DNA from: an uncultured Chthonomonadaceae bacterium
GTDB lineage: Bacteria; Armatimonadota; Chthonomonadetes; Chthonomonadales; Chthonomonadaceae
Length of the DNA: 64,000 nucleotides
Reading direction: 5' to 3'
Assembly: GCA_963835065.1 (NCBI GenBank)
Contig: CAWIEK010000049.1
Location: 544,001-608,000, forward strand
Shown: positions 28,679-39,041 of the stretch, piece after piece
How positions within the stretch are numbered: the first letter of the stretch is position 1
How the letters are laid out: every line of letters starts with the position of its first letter
Program-made: the position numbers and the translations under genes
The notes under the pieces: model-generated
The model's input: the letters and a program-made list of their open reading frames with translations, nothing else
What the model was told of the DNA's origin: nothing
Database searches by the model: none

Positions 28679-29863
28679 TCAATTACTGAGCCTCTCATGC
28701 AGCAGCCGCTCGATTGCCGCTTGAAATGTGCCGTAGTCGCGGTCGCCTTCCCACCGATAGCGCACACGCCCCTGCGCGTCTATCAGGAGCGATACGGGAA
28801 CCTCCTCCATGCCGCCAAATGCCCGCCGCGCTTCTTCGGTGGACAGCGCCTGCCGGTATTCGACACCGTTGGCGCTGCACCAGGTTTGTACAACTTCCCG
28901 GCTTTTGTCCCCAACAGTCAGGCCAACCACAGCGACATTGCGCGTCCGGTACGTCTTGTCAATCCTGACTAGATCGGGGATTTCCCGCTTGCAGGCGGGA
29001 CACCAGGTTCCCCAAAAGTTGAGGAGCGTGATTTTGCCTTTCAAGTCGTCGCTCCGAAACGGCTTGCCTGTCAAATCTTCCACGTCAAACGTCGGCGCAG
29101 GGTCGGAGCGAGTCGGAACCTGCGCCGTAACATCGGCAAGCAGCGCGGAAGCGGGCCAATTGCCCTGTTCCCCCTGCCACCACTGCTGCCACTGCGCCAC
29201 AATCGGGCGGCGCTTGGCTTCCCCATCCAGCGTAGAGTAGTGCCAGGGGTTGCCGGTCAATTTGTTAAGCGCATGTATCGCACTGGAGGACACGGCTTCA
29301 TTGGGGTCGGTAATAGCGCGCATGAGCATGGGAACCGCCTGTTTGTCTACGCCGCTGTTGGGGCGTCCGGCGCGGGTATTAAGCTGTACGGCGGCGTCTT
29401 CGCGTATCCAGGTATCCTCATCCCGTAATCCGGCCAGCAGCAGGCGCAGGCCGCGCGGCTTGTCCATGGCAATCAAATCTTCCAGCGCGCGCTTGCGCAC
29501 CTCGCTGTTCGAGTCGGTAAACGCCTGTTCCACCGCATTCACGGCGGCAGGTGAACGCAGTTTCATCAGCGAATCCACTGCGGCGTAGCGGATCGCGGGG
29601 TTGGCGTCTTGCGCGTAGCGCAGCGTTTCCGCTTCCACGCGCTGGGCAGGAACACCCGCCAATCGCTTCTCCAAAACTCCACCCGCCTCGTCCATGTCCA
29701 CCTGCGGCGTCGCGTTCGCAGCCGCATGACGGACGCGAACAAAGATACTGCCCATTATAGCGATAAGCGCCAGACTCCACAGCAGACGCCTACGGATATG
29801 TCGGGACGAGCGCGATGGAAGAGGTAAATTGGGCGCGTTGGGCGCGGTTCGGGTGGTAGTCAC
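28679..29863 (-). CDS. Membrane-anchored HEAT-repeat protein fused to a TlpA-like redoxin
   Basis: N-terminal TM, PBS-lyase/HEAT-like repeats, NFWGTWCPACKREIP. Confidence 0.8.
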   Translation of the reverse strand: MTTTRTAPNAPNLPLPSRSSRHIRRRLLWSLALIAIMGSIFVRVRHAAANATPQVDMDEAGGVLEKRLAGVPAQRVEAETLRYAQDANPAIRYAAVDSLMKLRSPAAVNAVEQAFTDSNSEVRKRALEDLIAMDKPRGLRLLLAGLRDEDTWIREDAAVQLNTRAGRPNSGVDKQAVPMLMRAITDPNEAVSSSAIHALNKLTGNPWHYSTLDGEAKRRPIVAQWQQWWQGEQGNWPASALLADVTAQVPTRSDPAPTFDVEDLTGKPFRSDDLKGKITLLNFWGTWCPACKREIPDLVRIDKTYRTRNVAVVGLTVGDKSREVVQTWCSANGVEYRQALSTEEARRAFGGMEEVPVSLLIDAQGRVRYRWEGDRDYGTFQAAIERLLHERLSN

Positions 29864-30083
29864 AGATCGCTCCTCAGAAAAAATAAGCCGCAAATAGACG
29901 CGAATACGCGGAAGGCAGGAAACGCAGTCAACACTGTAAAAAGCACGTATAAGAAGTTGGCGGCGCGTTTGCTAATTTTCCTTCTGCTTCCTTATAGCAG
30001 ACGCCCTTGCCCATACAACAAACTTTGGTGAAAGAAGGTTCCCTAATGCCGAAAACATACGCCCTGCGAGGAGAAATCCGCCC

Positions 30084-31142
30084 TTGATGCGCTGGCTGCT
30101 GCTGTTTGTTCCCATCAGTCTTGTGATGACGCTGCTGAAAGCGCCTCCCGTCTGGATGTTCGCGGTTTCCTGCCTGTCCATCATCCCCCTTGCCGGCGTT
30201 TTGGGCGAGGCGACGGAAGAACTGGCGAAAGCGCGGGGTCCGGCGGTTGGCGGCCTGCTCAACGCCACCTTCGGCAACGCGACGGAATTGATTATCTGCA
30301 TCGTCGCCTTGCAGCGCGGCGAGATCGCGATTGTCAAAGCGTCTCTCATCGGCAGCATCATCGGCAATATATTACTCGTTTTGGGGCTGTCTATCCTGCT
30401 TGGCGGCGTAAAACATAAAATCCAGACGTTCAACGTGGATGTGGCGCAGGCGCATGCGACGATGCTGGCGCTTGCCGCCGTCGCCCTGCTCGTGCCCGCG
30501 CTGTTCGCGCGCAGCGTACCCGGCATCAACGAACACGCCAGTAATCCCGATATTCAAAAACTCAGCGTGGGCGTTGCCATTGTGGACATTGTGATTTACA
30601 TCGGCAGCCTGATTTTTGCGTTTTGCACCCATGAACAACTTTTCCAGCCGGGGGGAGAACACGAAAGCGAACCAATTAAGTGGTCGCAGGGCAAGGCCAT
30701 TTTGATTCTGCTCATTGCTACCCTTGCCATTGCCTTTGAAAGCGAAGTTCTGGTCGGCAGCATCGAGCCGGTCGTGCATCAATGGGGATTAAGCAAGCTG
30801 TTTGTGGGGATCATTATTGTCCCGATTATCGGCAATGCGGCGGAACACAGCACGGCGGTCATGATGGCGATGCGCAACAAAATGGACATCAGCCTCAACA
30901 TTGCCGTATCGTCAAGTACGCAGATCGCCATGTTTGTCGCGCCCCTGCTGATTTTCGTCAGCCTGCTGGTGGGGCATCCCATGACCATTCTGTTCAGCAA
31001 TTTCGAGCTGATCGCCGTATCCGCCGCCGTCCTCATCGGCGTGTTGATTTCGCTGGACGGCAAAAGCCACTGGCTGGAAGGCGCTCAATTACTGGCCGTG
31101 TATGTGATTATCGCGCTGGCGTTTTTGTTTGTAGCAAGGTAG
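30084..31142 (+). CDS. cax: Ca2+/H+ antiporter (CaCA/CAX family)
   Basis: GGLLNATFGNATE, GSIIGNILLVLG, GNAAEH, SSTQIA, WLEG. Confidence 0.92.
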   Translation: MMRWLLLFVPISLVMTLLKAPPVWMFAVSCLSIIPLAGVLGEATEELAKARGPAVGGLLNATFGNATELIICIVALQRGEIAIVKASLIGSIIGNILLVLGLSILLGGVKHKIQTFNVDVAQAHATMLALAAVALLVPALFARSVPGINEHASNPDIQKLSVGVAIVDIVIYIGSLIFAFCTHEQLFQPGGEHESEPIKWSQGKAILILLIATLAIAFESEVLVGSIEPVVHQWGLSKLFVGIIIVPIIGNAAEHSTAVMMAMRNKMDISLNIAVSSSTQIAMFVAPLLIFVSLLVGHPMTILFSNFELIAVSAAVLIGVLISLDGKSHWLEGAQLLAVYVIIALAFLFVAR

Positions 31143-31260
31143 GGGGAAGATAAGAGATAAGAGTTTGGAACTGACGGGCTTTTTCTGCTTAGAGAAAACA
31201 TTGAGTAACAGAGGCATTTACTCTTATCTCTTATCTCTTATCTTCCCCTGGGAGTTCCCC

Positions 31261-31731
31261 ATGCCCACCAACACCGAAGTAGCCCGCATCTTTTTGCGCA
31301 TTGCCGAATTGATGGCGTTTCGGGATGAGAATACGTTCAAGGTGCGCTCGTACTATCGCGCCGCCCTGACGCTGACGGCTCTGACTACGCCCTTGCAGGA
31401 AGTGGCGGAGCGTAAGGAACTGCAAACTCTGCCGGGTGTGGGCGACGCGATTGCGGGCAAAATCAGCGAAATACTTAAAACCGGAACCTGCGATCTTTAT
31501 GAGCGGCTGAAATCGGAAGTGCCGGAAGCGATACAAACAATGATGAGGGTTCCTGGCCTGTCGCCGCGTCTGGTGCGCTTGCTGGAACTGGAATTCGGCG
31601 TAGACACGCCCGCCGGATTGGTTGATCTTGTTGAGCGCGGCGATTTAGCCGAACTCGAAGGCTCGCCCCTGAAAGTGGAAGACGCCGCGCAGATACTGCG
31701 CACTGTAGAAGGGATAAGGGATAAGGGATAA
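31261..31731 (+). CDS. Stand-alone PolX N-terminal (8-kDa lyase / HhH) domain protein
   Basis: NTEVARIF..IAELM..ENTFKVRSYYRAA, LPGVGDAIAGKISEILKTG, VPGLSP; no palm or PHP domain. Confidence 0.8.
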   Translation: MPTNTEVARIFLRIAELMAFRDENTFKVRSYYRAALTLTALTTPLQEVAERKELQTLPGVGDAIAGKISEILKTGTCDLYERLKSEVPEAIQTMMRVPGLSPRLVRLLELEFGVDTPAGLVDLVERGDLAELEGSPLKVEDAAQILRTVEGIRDKG

Positions 31732-32526
31732 GTGGTAAGGAATGAGACGTTTTCGACGCTGGATGTATTCGCGCCTTCCGTCACGCTGCTGCCTGCCCTG
31801 CCGCGCGCATTTTATTTGCAGGACACGCTTGTTGTCGCCAGACGCCTGCTGAACTGCTTACTGGCGCATGACAGCCCGGAGGGACTGACTGTTGGGCGCA
31901 TCTCGGAAACCGAAGCGTACACCCATGACGACCCGGCCTGCCATGCGTTTACGCGCAAGACCACCCGTAACGCCGCGATGTTCGGGCCACCCGGACATGC
32001 GTACCTGCACCTGAATTACGGCCTGCATTGGTGCTTCAACGCCGTCACCGCGCCCGAACACGTTGCCGAAGCCGTGCTTGTACGCGCCTTGCAGCCACTT
32101 GTCGGCGTGGAACTTATGCGCAGGCGGCGCGGTCTACCTGAAGAGGAACCTGTAAGCGACAGGGCAGACGCGGCTTTTCTTGCCAGACAAGTCGTAAAAA
32201 CGGGCAACTTTTTATGCGGCGGGCCGGGCAAGTTGTCGGTGGCAATGGGCATTACGGCCTCGCTCAATACCCTTGATTTGACGGCGGGGCATACGCTCTG
32301 GATTGCGCCGCCACTCGCGTCCGTCGGCTACGCTGTACCGGAACCTTTTACGCCTGCGGAAAGCGCAGAACAACAGGAAACCGTCCAACATTCCGAAAGC
32401 GCGGCAAGTTCAGAGACTATACATTCTGAAAGTATTGTCGCTACAACGCGAATCGGGATAACCAAAGCCGCCGATTATCCCTGGCGCTTTTATGTTCGCA
32501 ACGAACCTTACATCTCGAAAAAATGA
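31732..32526 (+). CDS. mpg: DNA-3-methyladenine glycosylase (MPG/AAG family)
   Basis: GRISETEAY..DPACH, FGPPGHAY..YGLHWCFN, AVLVRA, GPGKL, RIGIT..WRF. Confidence 0.92.
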   Translation: MVRNETFSTLDVFAPSVTLLPALPRAFYLQDTLVVARRLLNCLLAHDSPEGLTVGRISETEAYTHDDPACHAFTRKTTRNAAMFGPPGHAYLHLNYGLHWCFNAVTAPEHVAEAVLVRALQPLVGVELMRRRRGLPEEEPVSDRADAAFLARQVVKTGNFLCGGPGKLSVAMGITASLNTLDLTAGHTLWIAPPLASVGYAVPEPFTPAESAEQQETVQHSESAASSETIHSESIVATTRIGITKAADYPWRFYVRNEPYISKK

Positions 32527-32547
32527 TTCTGTGAAAAGACAACGCCT

Positions 32548-33399
32548 GTGACCGGACAAAACCTCTCTTACGCCCTGTTAGTTCCGCCCGCGTGGCTGGC
32601 CGCTTTGCTGACCGGCTTATTTGCGCTGCTGGCGTGGAAACTGCGCTGGCTGACGGCGCGGGGCGCGGTTTCTACTTTCCTCGTCGGCTTTGGCATCTTC
32701 TGGCTTGGCGGCGGCAAGGCCGTCGTGCCTCTGCTGGTGTTCTTTTTGTCCTCATCCCTGCTGTCCAAATGGAGCAAAGCCCGAGCCAAAGGGGATGATA
32801 TTCATTCGGAAAAGGGCAGCGTCCGCGACGCGGGGCAGGTATGGGCGAATGGCGGCATGGCGGTTGCTATCGTCGTGCTGCATCGCCTGCTTGTGCTGCG
32901 TGGCCTGCCCGCGTTTCGATTGGAGCAGTTGCCGACCCTGTTTCTCGCCGCCCTTGCCACCGTCAACGCTGATACGTGGGCTACGGAATTGGGCCGCTTG
33001 TCGGGCCAAAAACCCCGCTCCCTGCGCGACTGGAAACCCATTGCGCCCGGAACGTCGGGAGCGGTTTCCCTGGCAGGCACACTGGCGACGATGGCGGGCG
33101 CGGCGATTATTCCCCTGTCCGTGTATTGGTTTTGGCCCCTCAACCCGGCGCAATTCCTGTGCGTGTGCTGGGCGGGCATCATGGGCAGCCTGATTGACAG
33201 CCTGCTGGGAGCAAGCCTGCAAGTACAGTACCGCGACCCGGACAGCGGCGACCTGACGGAGCGCATCGAAGTCAACGGACGCATCACCAAGCGCGTTCGC
33301 GGCCTGCTCTGGATGAACAACGACTGGGTGAACTTCTTTGCCAGTTTGGGCGGCGTCCTCTGCGCCTACTACCTCCTCCACCACAGCCACCTTATGTGA
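32548..33399 (+). CDS. DUF92 (TMEM19-like) membrane protein
   Basis: RDAGQVWANG, ADTWATELG, PGTSGAVS, DSLLGA, NNDWVN. Confidence 0.9.
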   Translation: MTGQNLSYALLVPPAWLAALLTGLFALLAWKLRWLTARGAVSTFLVGFGIFWLGGGKAVVPLLVFFLSSSLLSKWSKARAKGDDIHSEKGSVRDAGQVWANGGMAVAIVVLHRLLVLRGLPAFRLEQLPTLFLAALATVNADTWATELGRLSGQKPRSLRDWKPIAPGTSGAVSLAGTLATMAGAAIIPLSVYWFWPLNPAQFLCVCWAGIMGSLIDSLLGASLQVQYRDPDSGDLTERIEVNGRITKRVRGLLWMNNDWVNFFASLGGVLCAYYLLHHSHLM

Positions 33400-33587
33400 A
33401 TGAACCACCCGCTGCGCTAGAGACACAGAGACACAGAGAGGGAACACAGAGGGGAAAAGAAGAAAATAAACTCCTTTGCTTCCTTCGCCTCTTTGCGGTT
33501 CCGTTTCCTCTCCTTGTTCTCTTCGTCTTTTCTCGTATTGGCTTTTCCTCTGTGTCTCTGTGTCTCTAGCGCAGCGGGTGGTTCATT
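33399..33587. repeat. Palindromic element with 40-bp perfect terminal inverted repeats between converging genes
   Basis: AATGAACCACCCGCTGCGCTAGAGACACAGAGACACAGAG (33399-33438) is mirrored at 33548-33587. Confidence 0.85.
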
Positions 33588-33588
33588 T

Positions 33589-34380
33589 TTATTGTGTCGC
33601 GCCCATTTCGCGCAGCAGGTCCACGATTTCGGTGTGGTGGCGCACGAAGGCATGCATCAGGGGCGTCATGCCGTTGGAAGTGCGGGCGTTGACATCCGCG
33701 CCGTGCGCCAGCAGGGATTGTACGATTTCAAAATGACCGTGTTCCGCCGCCATCGCTAAGGGCGTCCAGCCATTTTTGTCGGCAAGGTTCACGTCCGCGC
33801 GCTTTTCAAGCAGGAGCAGGGCGATCTGTTTCTGGTCGGCCTCAATCGCTTTGAGCAGGGGCGTTTTGCCGAACGTGCTATCCCGCGCGTTGATGTCGGC
33901 TTTGCCGTCAATCAATAGCCGGGCGGTTTTGGCATGGCCTTCTTCCACAGCGATATGCAGCGCGGTTTCGCCGTACCCATCGCGCTTGTTTACATCCACG
34001 CCGCGCTTCAGCATGGATTTAATCGCGCCCTCATCCCCTTTTTGCGCGGCCTGAAACCATTCGTTTTTGGTTTCCGCTTCGCTGCGCGCAGGCGACAGGT
34101 CTTTGACGGCCCCTATTTCCTTACCGTCCTTGATTTTGCCGCCCTCCTGCATCTGCGCGTGAAGGCGCTGTCCGAGTTCCTGGTCAATGTCCCAGTATTC
34201 TTTACAATGCGGGCAGCCGACAACATACGTTTTTTTCATGGTGGCGATGGGCAGCAGGTAGACCGTCGCTTTTTTCGACGCCCAATACAGGCCGCCGTCG
34301 CGCTTGTGGCACAGCGGACACTCCGTGCCGGTCTTGGCGATCAACTCAAAATCGCTTTTCTGTCCAAAAAGAAAGAGCAA
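33589..34380 (-). CDS. Zn-ribbon + ankyrin repeat protein
   Basis: CPLC...CPHC followed by GETALHIA, GKTPLLKA, GWTPLAMA, GMTPLMHA; GGGAGG RBS before a TTG start at 34380. Confidence 0.8.
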   Translation of the reverse strand: MLFLFGQKSDFELIAKTGTECPLCHKRDGGLYWASKKATVYLLPIATMKKTYVVGCPHCKEYWDIDQELGQRLHAQMQEGGKIKDGKEIGAVKDLSPARSEAETKNEWFQAAQKGDEGAIKSMLKRGVDVNKRDGYGETALHIAVEEGHAKTARLLIDGKADINARDSTFGKTPLLKAIEADQKQIALLLLEKRADVNLADKNGWTPLAMAAEHGHFEIVQSLLAHGADVNARTSNGMTPLMHAFVRHHTEIVDLLREMGATQ

Positions 34381-34754
34381 GGCGTCCTCCCGGCATAGCA
34401 GTACGTATAGAGCAGAACATATAGAAGAGTAATACGCAAGAGAACGGCGTATTTCCTGCCTGGGCTGAATATCAAATGCTGACGCAATCGGCGCTTTTGC
34501 CTGCCATGCCCCTGTCACGTCTTTTAGAGCGTTGCGTTTCTATAGATTACAGAGCGTGATGGGGCGCATTGCCTGCGAAAAGTGCCGGATAAGTGCCAAC
34601 AGTATGGCGTTTGGGGAACAAACTTCGCAAATGCATCGTCCTCTAAGGGATAAACGTTGTACATTAAGAGGTTGGAGCCGGAATGTCGTGAAGCGTTCGC
34701 CCAACCTGACACACATAATACGACGAACACATTTGTGTTCGGGGAGCAAACGAA

Positions 34755-35096
34755 ATGAATACGAACAAAGGCGTGTTGGCAGTGGGCGCGTTGATTGCGT
34801 TTATGGGAACGTCCCTGATGGCCCCGATGATGGCGCGGGCCAGTGAAGAAGGCAAGCGCAACACCACGTGGGGCTTGGGCGCGGGCGCGGCAGCCCTGCT
34901 GCTGACCCAAAAGAACAAGATTCCGGGCGCATTGGTCGGCGCGGGCGCGCTGTATTCGGGCATTTCCCTGAACAATGACATCAACAAGCGCCATCAGCGC
35001 GAACGCGAACGAGCGCGGCAGCAGGCGTACCGCAGAGGTTATCGCAACGGCAGGTCTACCGCCCGCGCGCACCGAACGTACCACAGGGATCACTAA
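34755..35096 (+). CDS. Secreted glycine-zipper-like protein, paralog of 7121-7621
   Basis: Signal peptide, ASEEGKRNTTWGLGAGAAALLLTQKNK; GGGGAG RBS. Confidence 0.7.
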   Translation: MNTNKGVLAVGALIAFMGTSLMAPMMARASEEGKRNTTWGLGAGAAALLLTQKNKIPGALVGAGALYSGISLNNDINKRHQRERERARQQAYRRGYRNGRSTARAHRTYHRDH

Positions 35097-35143
35097 AATT
35101 GACGTTTTCCGGCAGGAAACTCCTGCTTTACAGGGTGAACTTT

Positions 35144-35181
35144 ACAGGAGCCAATCTGAATTTCAGATTGGCTCCTGTTTT
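35144..35181. terminator. Long hairpin, likely terminator between converging genes
   Basis: ACAGGAGCCAATCTGAA-T-TTCAGATTGGCTCCTGT followed by Ts. Confidence 0.7.
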
Positions 35182-35235
35182 ATACCTGATTGGGCGCAGT
35201 TCGCCAGTCACCAGCCACTAATCACCAATCACTTC

Positions 35236-36219
35236 TCACGCTCTTGGATGGCACTTTCGGTACACGTCCTTGAGCCGCTCGTTGGTGACGTGGGTGTAAA
35301 TTTCCGTGCTGGAAATGCTTTTGTGGCCCATCAATTCCTGAATAGTGCGAAGGTCGGCTCCATGCGCCAGCAGATGCGTGGCGAACGAGTGGCGCAAAAC
35401 GTGAGGCGTGACATTTTCCGTCAATTCGGCTTTGGCGGCGTTGGCTTTCACGATGTCGCGGATGGCCTGCCGCGAAATGGGGCCACCCTTGCGACTCGGA
35501 AACAAAAAAGGGCTGCGCGCTTCCGCTAAGGTCGGGCCTTCATTTTTGGGAACGCGCCGCCCGCGCTTCTTGGGTGGGGCCGGTTTGGGCGATTCCAGTC
35601 CCTGCTCCTGCGCCTTGACCAGCATTTTGCGCTGATCCAAATACAGAGCCACGTACTCGCATGCCACTTTACCGACGGGAACCATGCGCTCGCGCCGTCC
35701 CTTGCCGTAACATTTGAGAGTGTGGCCTTCCAAATCCAGATCGTCTATGGACAGGCCGCATAATTCCGAGACCCGCAAGCCCGTCGCGTACAGCAGTTCA
35801 CACGCGGCTTTATCGCGCAGGGAGCGGGGATGGCCGGGGTCGGGCTGACTGAGCAGGCGCTTTACTTTGGCGACGGACAGGGTGCGCGGCAGGGGCCTGG
35901 GATGCTTGCGCCCCCGAATACCCGCCATAAAATCGTCCCTGCGCATGTCATCAATCACGAGAAACTTGGAAAAACTATGCAGCGAATTGATTTTGCGGCT
36001 AATCGAGGCGTCCCGCAACCCCCTGCCGTCCAGTTGCGCGATATAGGCCAGCGCGTGTGACTCGATAAGATCGCCCGGTTCCCGTGCCCCCCGCTGCATA
36101 GCAATCAGCAGAAAATCTTCCACGTCCTGCCGATACGCCCGCGATGTATTGGGCGTAACGCCCCGCTCCGCATCCAAATACGTGGCATAACGCGCCAGAA
36201 TGGTTTGAAAATCAGGCAT
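35236..36219 (-). CDS. xerD: XerD/XerC-family tyrosine recombinase
   Basis: ELLYATGLRVSEL, GKGRRER.VP, TPHVLRHSFATHLL.HGADLR, LMGH..ISSTEIYTH. Confidence 0.85.
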   Translation of the reverse strand: MPDFQTILARYATYLDAERGVTPNTSRAYRQDVEDFLLIAMQRGAREPGDLIESHALAYIAQLDGRGLRDASISRKINSLHSFSKFLVIDDMRRDDFMAGIRGRKHPRPLPRTLSVAKVKRLLSQPDPGHPRSLRDKAACELLYATGLRVSELCGLSIDDLDLEGHTLKCYGKGRRERMVPVGKVACEYVALYLDQRKMLVKAQEQGLESPKPAPPKKRGRRVPKNEGPTLAEARSPFLFPSRKGGPISRQAIRDIVKANAAKAELTENVTPHVLRHSFATHLLAHGADLRTIQELMGHKSISSTEIYTHVTNERLKDVYRKCHPRA

Positions 36220-36318
36220 GTGTTCTTTCAGGTGTCAGGTGTCAGGTGTCAGGTGTCAGGAACTCCCGTTCGCATCAACTTTACCGTGCAAGCGGTGAAT
36301 TTCCCTGACACCTGACAC

Positions 36319-37119
36319 CTACAAAAGCGTTTCGCCCTTCTCACGTATCGTCTGACTCAGTTCGTTGTCGGTGAGCGGGAGAATGTCGAGCAGGGAGTTT
36401 TCGGGACGGGCGGCTTTCCAGAGCGGCAGGATTTGATCGCCGATAGCGCGAATCAAACCGGCGTCATGGGGCGCGACGGCAAGGCCAAGATGCGGGATGC
36501 CGCCCGCGAAGGCCAGCCAGAACCAGTAAACTTCCTGAGCTCCCGACTGCTGCGCAACGGCGCGCATGGCGTTCAGCGTTTCCTCATCGGGACGCTGTTC
36601 GGGCATGCCAACGACGGCGATGGTTTCGCGGTTGAGCAGCAATTCCTCATCGTTGCCGGGCAGCAGTTTTTCGGCTACCATCTGATATTCCACCGGAGCC
36701 AGCGCGTAACTGACCGGCCCGCCCGCGTTGAGCAGCACGGCGCGAAAGTTGCCCTGCCGAGCAAACCGGCACAGGTCGGTGGCGGCAATCGCCGCGTAGC
36801 CCAGATTTTGGACGGGCGGAAATTGCCGGTAAGCGTCCATGTCCGTAAACCCGGCCAGCATCTGCCCGTCCCGATTTTCCAGCACGGCGATTTGCACATT
36901 GGCCTGGCGACCTGCGCGGGGCGCGGGAGCGGGTTCGCGTATGGGCACAAGCAGCGTAGCCGTTTGCAGTTCGCTGAGAAGGGCAAGCCGCGCGTCTTCG
37001 GGCGCATGTTGTCCCTGTTCCAGCAGGGCGCGGAGCCGGGGATTGGCAGGCGCGACGGGCGCGAGGGCGGGCGATTTCGGACGGTTCGTAGCATTGTGCT
37101 TTAGAGCGTTGCGGTTCAT
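36319..37119 (-). CDS. SseB-family protein
   Basis: ATLLVP...LAGFTD..AVLLN pattern plus an SseB_C-like C-terminal domain. Confidence 0.65.
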   Translation of the reverse strand: MNRNALKHNATNRPKSPALAPVAPANPRLRALLEQGQHAPEDARLALLSELQTATLLVPIREPAPAPRAGRQANVQIAVLENRDGQMLAGFTDMDAYRQFPPVQNLGYAAIAATDLCRFARQGNFRAVLLNAGGPVSYALAPVEYQMVAEKLLPGNDEELLLNRETIAVVGMPEQRPDEETLNAMRAVAQQSGAQEVYWFWLAFAGGIPHLGLAVAPHDAGLIRAIGDQILPLWKAARPENSLLDILPLTDNELSQTIREKGETLL

Positions 37120-37200
37120 GGCGTTTCGGGTGTTCCTTGCAGCGTAGTGTCAACAGCATACCCCAAAATACGCCGCCAAAACAGCAATGCCGGAACGCGG

Positions 37201-37229
37201 TTGACACGTGTCGGCAATGCTGTTATACT
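37201..37229 (+). promoter_or_regulatory. Near-consensus sigma70 promoter with extended -10
   Basis: TTGACA-N17 (ending TGT)-TATACT upstream of the ankyrin gene. Confidence 0.75.
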
Positions 37230-37331
37230 TATGCCGGCGCGGTTATTTATTTCTTGGCCTCAATTAGCCGAACGCTGTGGTTCCGCCTGATATTCGCGCT
37301 TCCATTTTCCTCCCCCCATGAGGACACTTAC

Positions 37332-38877
37332 ATGCCCGCAAAACGCGCCGGTCGCCTCGCCTACGCCCTGTTTTCCCTGGTGCTGCTCGGCATCATCGGA
37401 CGAAACGTTTATCAACGCAGCCTCAACGCGCGCCTGATTGCCGCTGTGGAAACGAGGAATGTGGCTGCCGTTCGCGCCCTGCTGGAGCGAGGGGCTGACC
37501 CCGACAGCCGTACGCCTGTCCCGGCGCGGTCCTCAACCGGAGCGCCGGCGTTAAACCTGGTAATGGGCACAGGCGCGACTGCTACACCTGATGAAGAAGC
37601 GATAGCCTGCCTGCTGATACAGCACGGCGCATCAATCACAAAACTAAACGGCGGCGAGTACCTGCCCACTGCCTGCGCGAGCGGCAGCATCGCGGTTGTG
37701 CGCTGCCTGCTGGAACACGGCGCAAATCCAACTTTGCCGGACTCCTCCAAGCGCACTCCTCTGAACTTAGCGATTGATTACTCGGCCCCGGCCCCCTATT
37801 TAGCCTCCGCTCAACAAGAAGCAACGCGGCAGCAGCGTCGCCCTGTCAGCCGCGAGATGGCGCGGTTGCTGTGCGAACGCGGCGCGCGTGTGAATATGTG
37901 GCAGGCGGCCCTCGTAGATGATACGGACTCCCTGCGCGGCAATCTCGATATGGGTACGCCCGTAGAACTCTCCGCAGCCCAGCCCCAACTTCAACGGTTC
38001 GTACAAAGGCCCAACGGCGCTCACGTTGGCGGCGCAGGCGGGCAGTACCAATGCCGTCCTCATGCTGCTCGAATATGGCGCCAACATCAATTCTGTGACT
38101 GATTTCCCGTACACGCCCTTAACGGGCGCAATCGCAGGCAAGCAAATCGAAATCGCCCGTTTGCTGCTGAACCGGGGAGCCAACGTCAACATTCCTGCGG
38201 CAACATCGAACTCGCCGATCCTCGTGGCTTGCGCTTCGATGCCGCAATTAGTGCCGGACTTGCTGCGGCATGGGGCAAAATTGGGAACGTGGGGCGATTG
38301 GGCTTTGAGCGCGGCGCTGCAAAACAAACATCCTGAACTGGTGACGCCGTTATTGAAGGAGATAGAGCGTCAGGGCAGCAAGCCGGGATGGGGCGCTTTG
38401 AAAGCAGCACTTGAGTTTCGGCCCGATCTCGTTCCCATCTTGCTTGCGCGCGGAGCCAGTGTACACGAAACCCCCTCCCAGCCGAATAGCCGTCTGATGG
38501 GGGATAGCCTGCTCTGGTACGCTCTTCATTTTGGACACAAGGATTTGATTGTGCCGCTTTTGGGCGCGGGCGCGAATGTCAATGCCCACCATGGTGATAC
38601 CACGCCCCTTGTGGAAGCGCTGGGGCAGGGCGCGGAAACCGTCAAGCTGCTGCTGGACAGGGGCGCGGATCCGAACGCGATTGTCGGAGCCGGGCAAACG
38701 CCCCTGATCCTGGCGGCGCAGACGGGCAATGTAGAAGCGACTCGGCTGCTGCTGGAACATGGAGCCAAAGTGGATGGCGAAGGCAGATTCCGGCATACCC
38801 CACTCTACTTTGCGCGCCGACACAAACAGTCCGAAATCGTCGCGTTGCTGGAACAAGCGGGCGGACACGAGCGCTAA
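37332..38877 (+). CDS. Membrane-anchored ankyrin repeat protein, frameshifted near 37990-38010
   Basis: N-terminal TM; ankyrin repeats continue across two frames (LLERGAD, TPLTGA, TPLILAA). Confidence 0.75.
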
Positions 38878-39041
38878 TGCCAGCCAACTTAGAATCTATG
38901 CCGATTGGCCGGGGATTGAAAATCCCCGGCAGGAAAGTGCAAGCGTCCTGCGGACGCGGGAGTCTTTGTACAGAGTTGCGTCTCACGGACGCAATGCCGA
39001 TGCGGACGCAAATGCCGCTTTGTTATCAGGAATGCGCAGTG

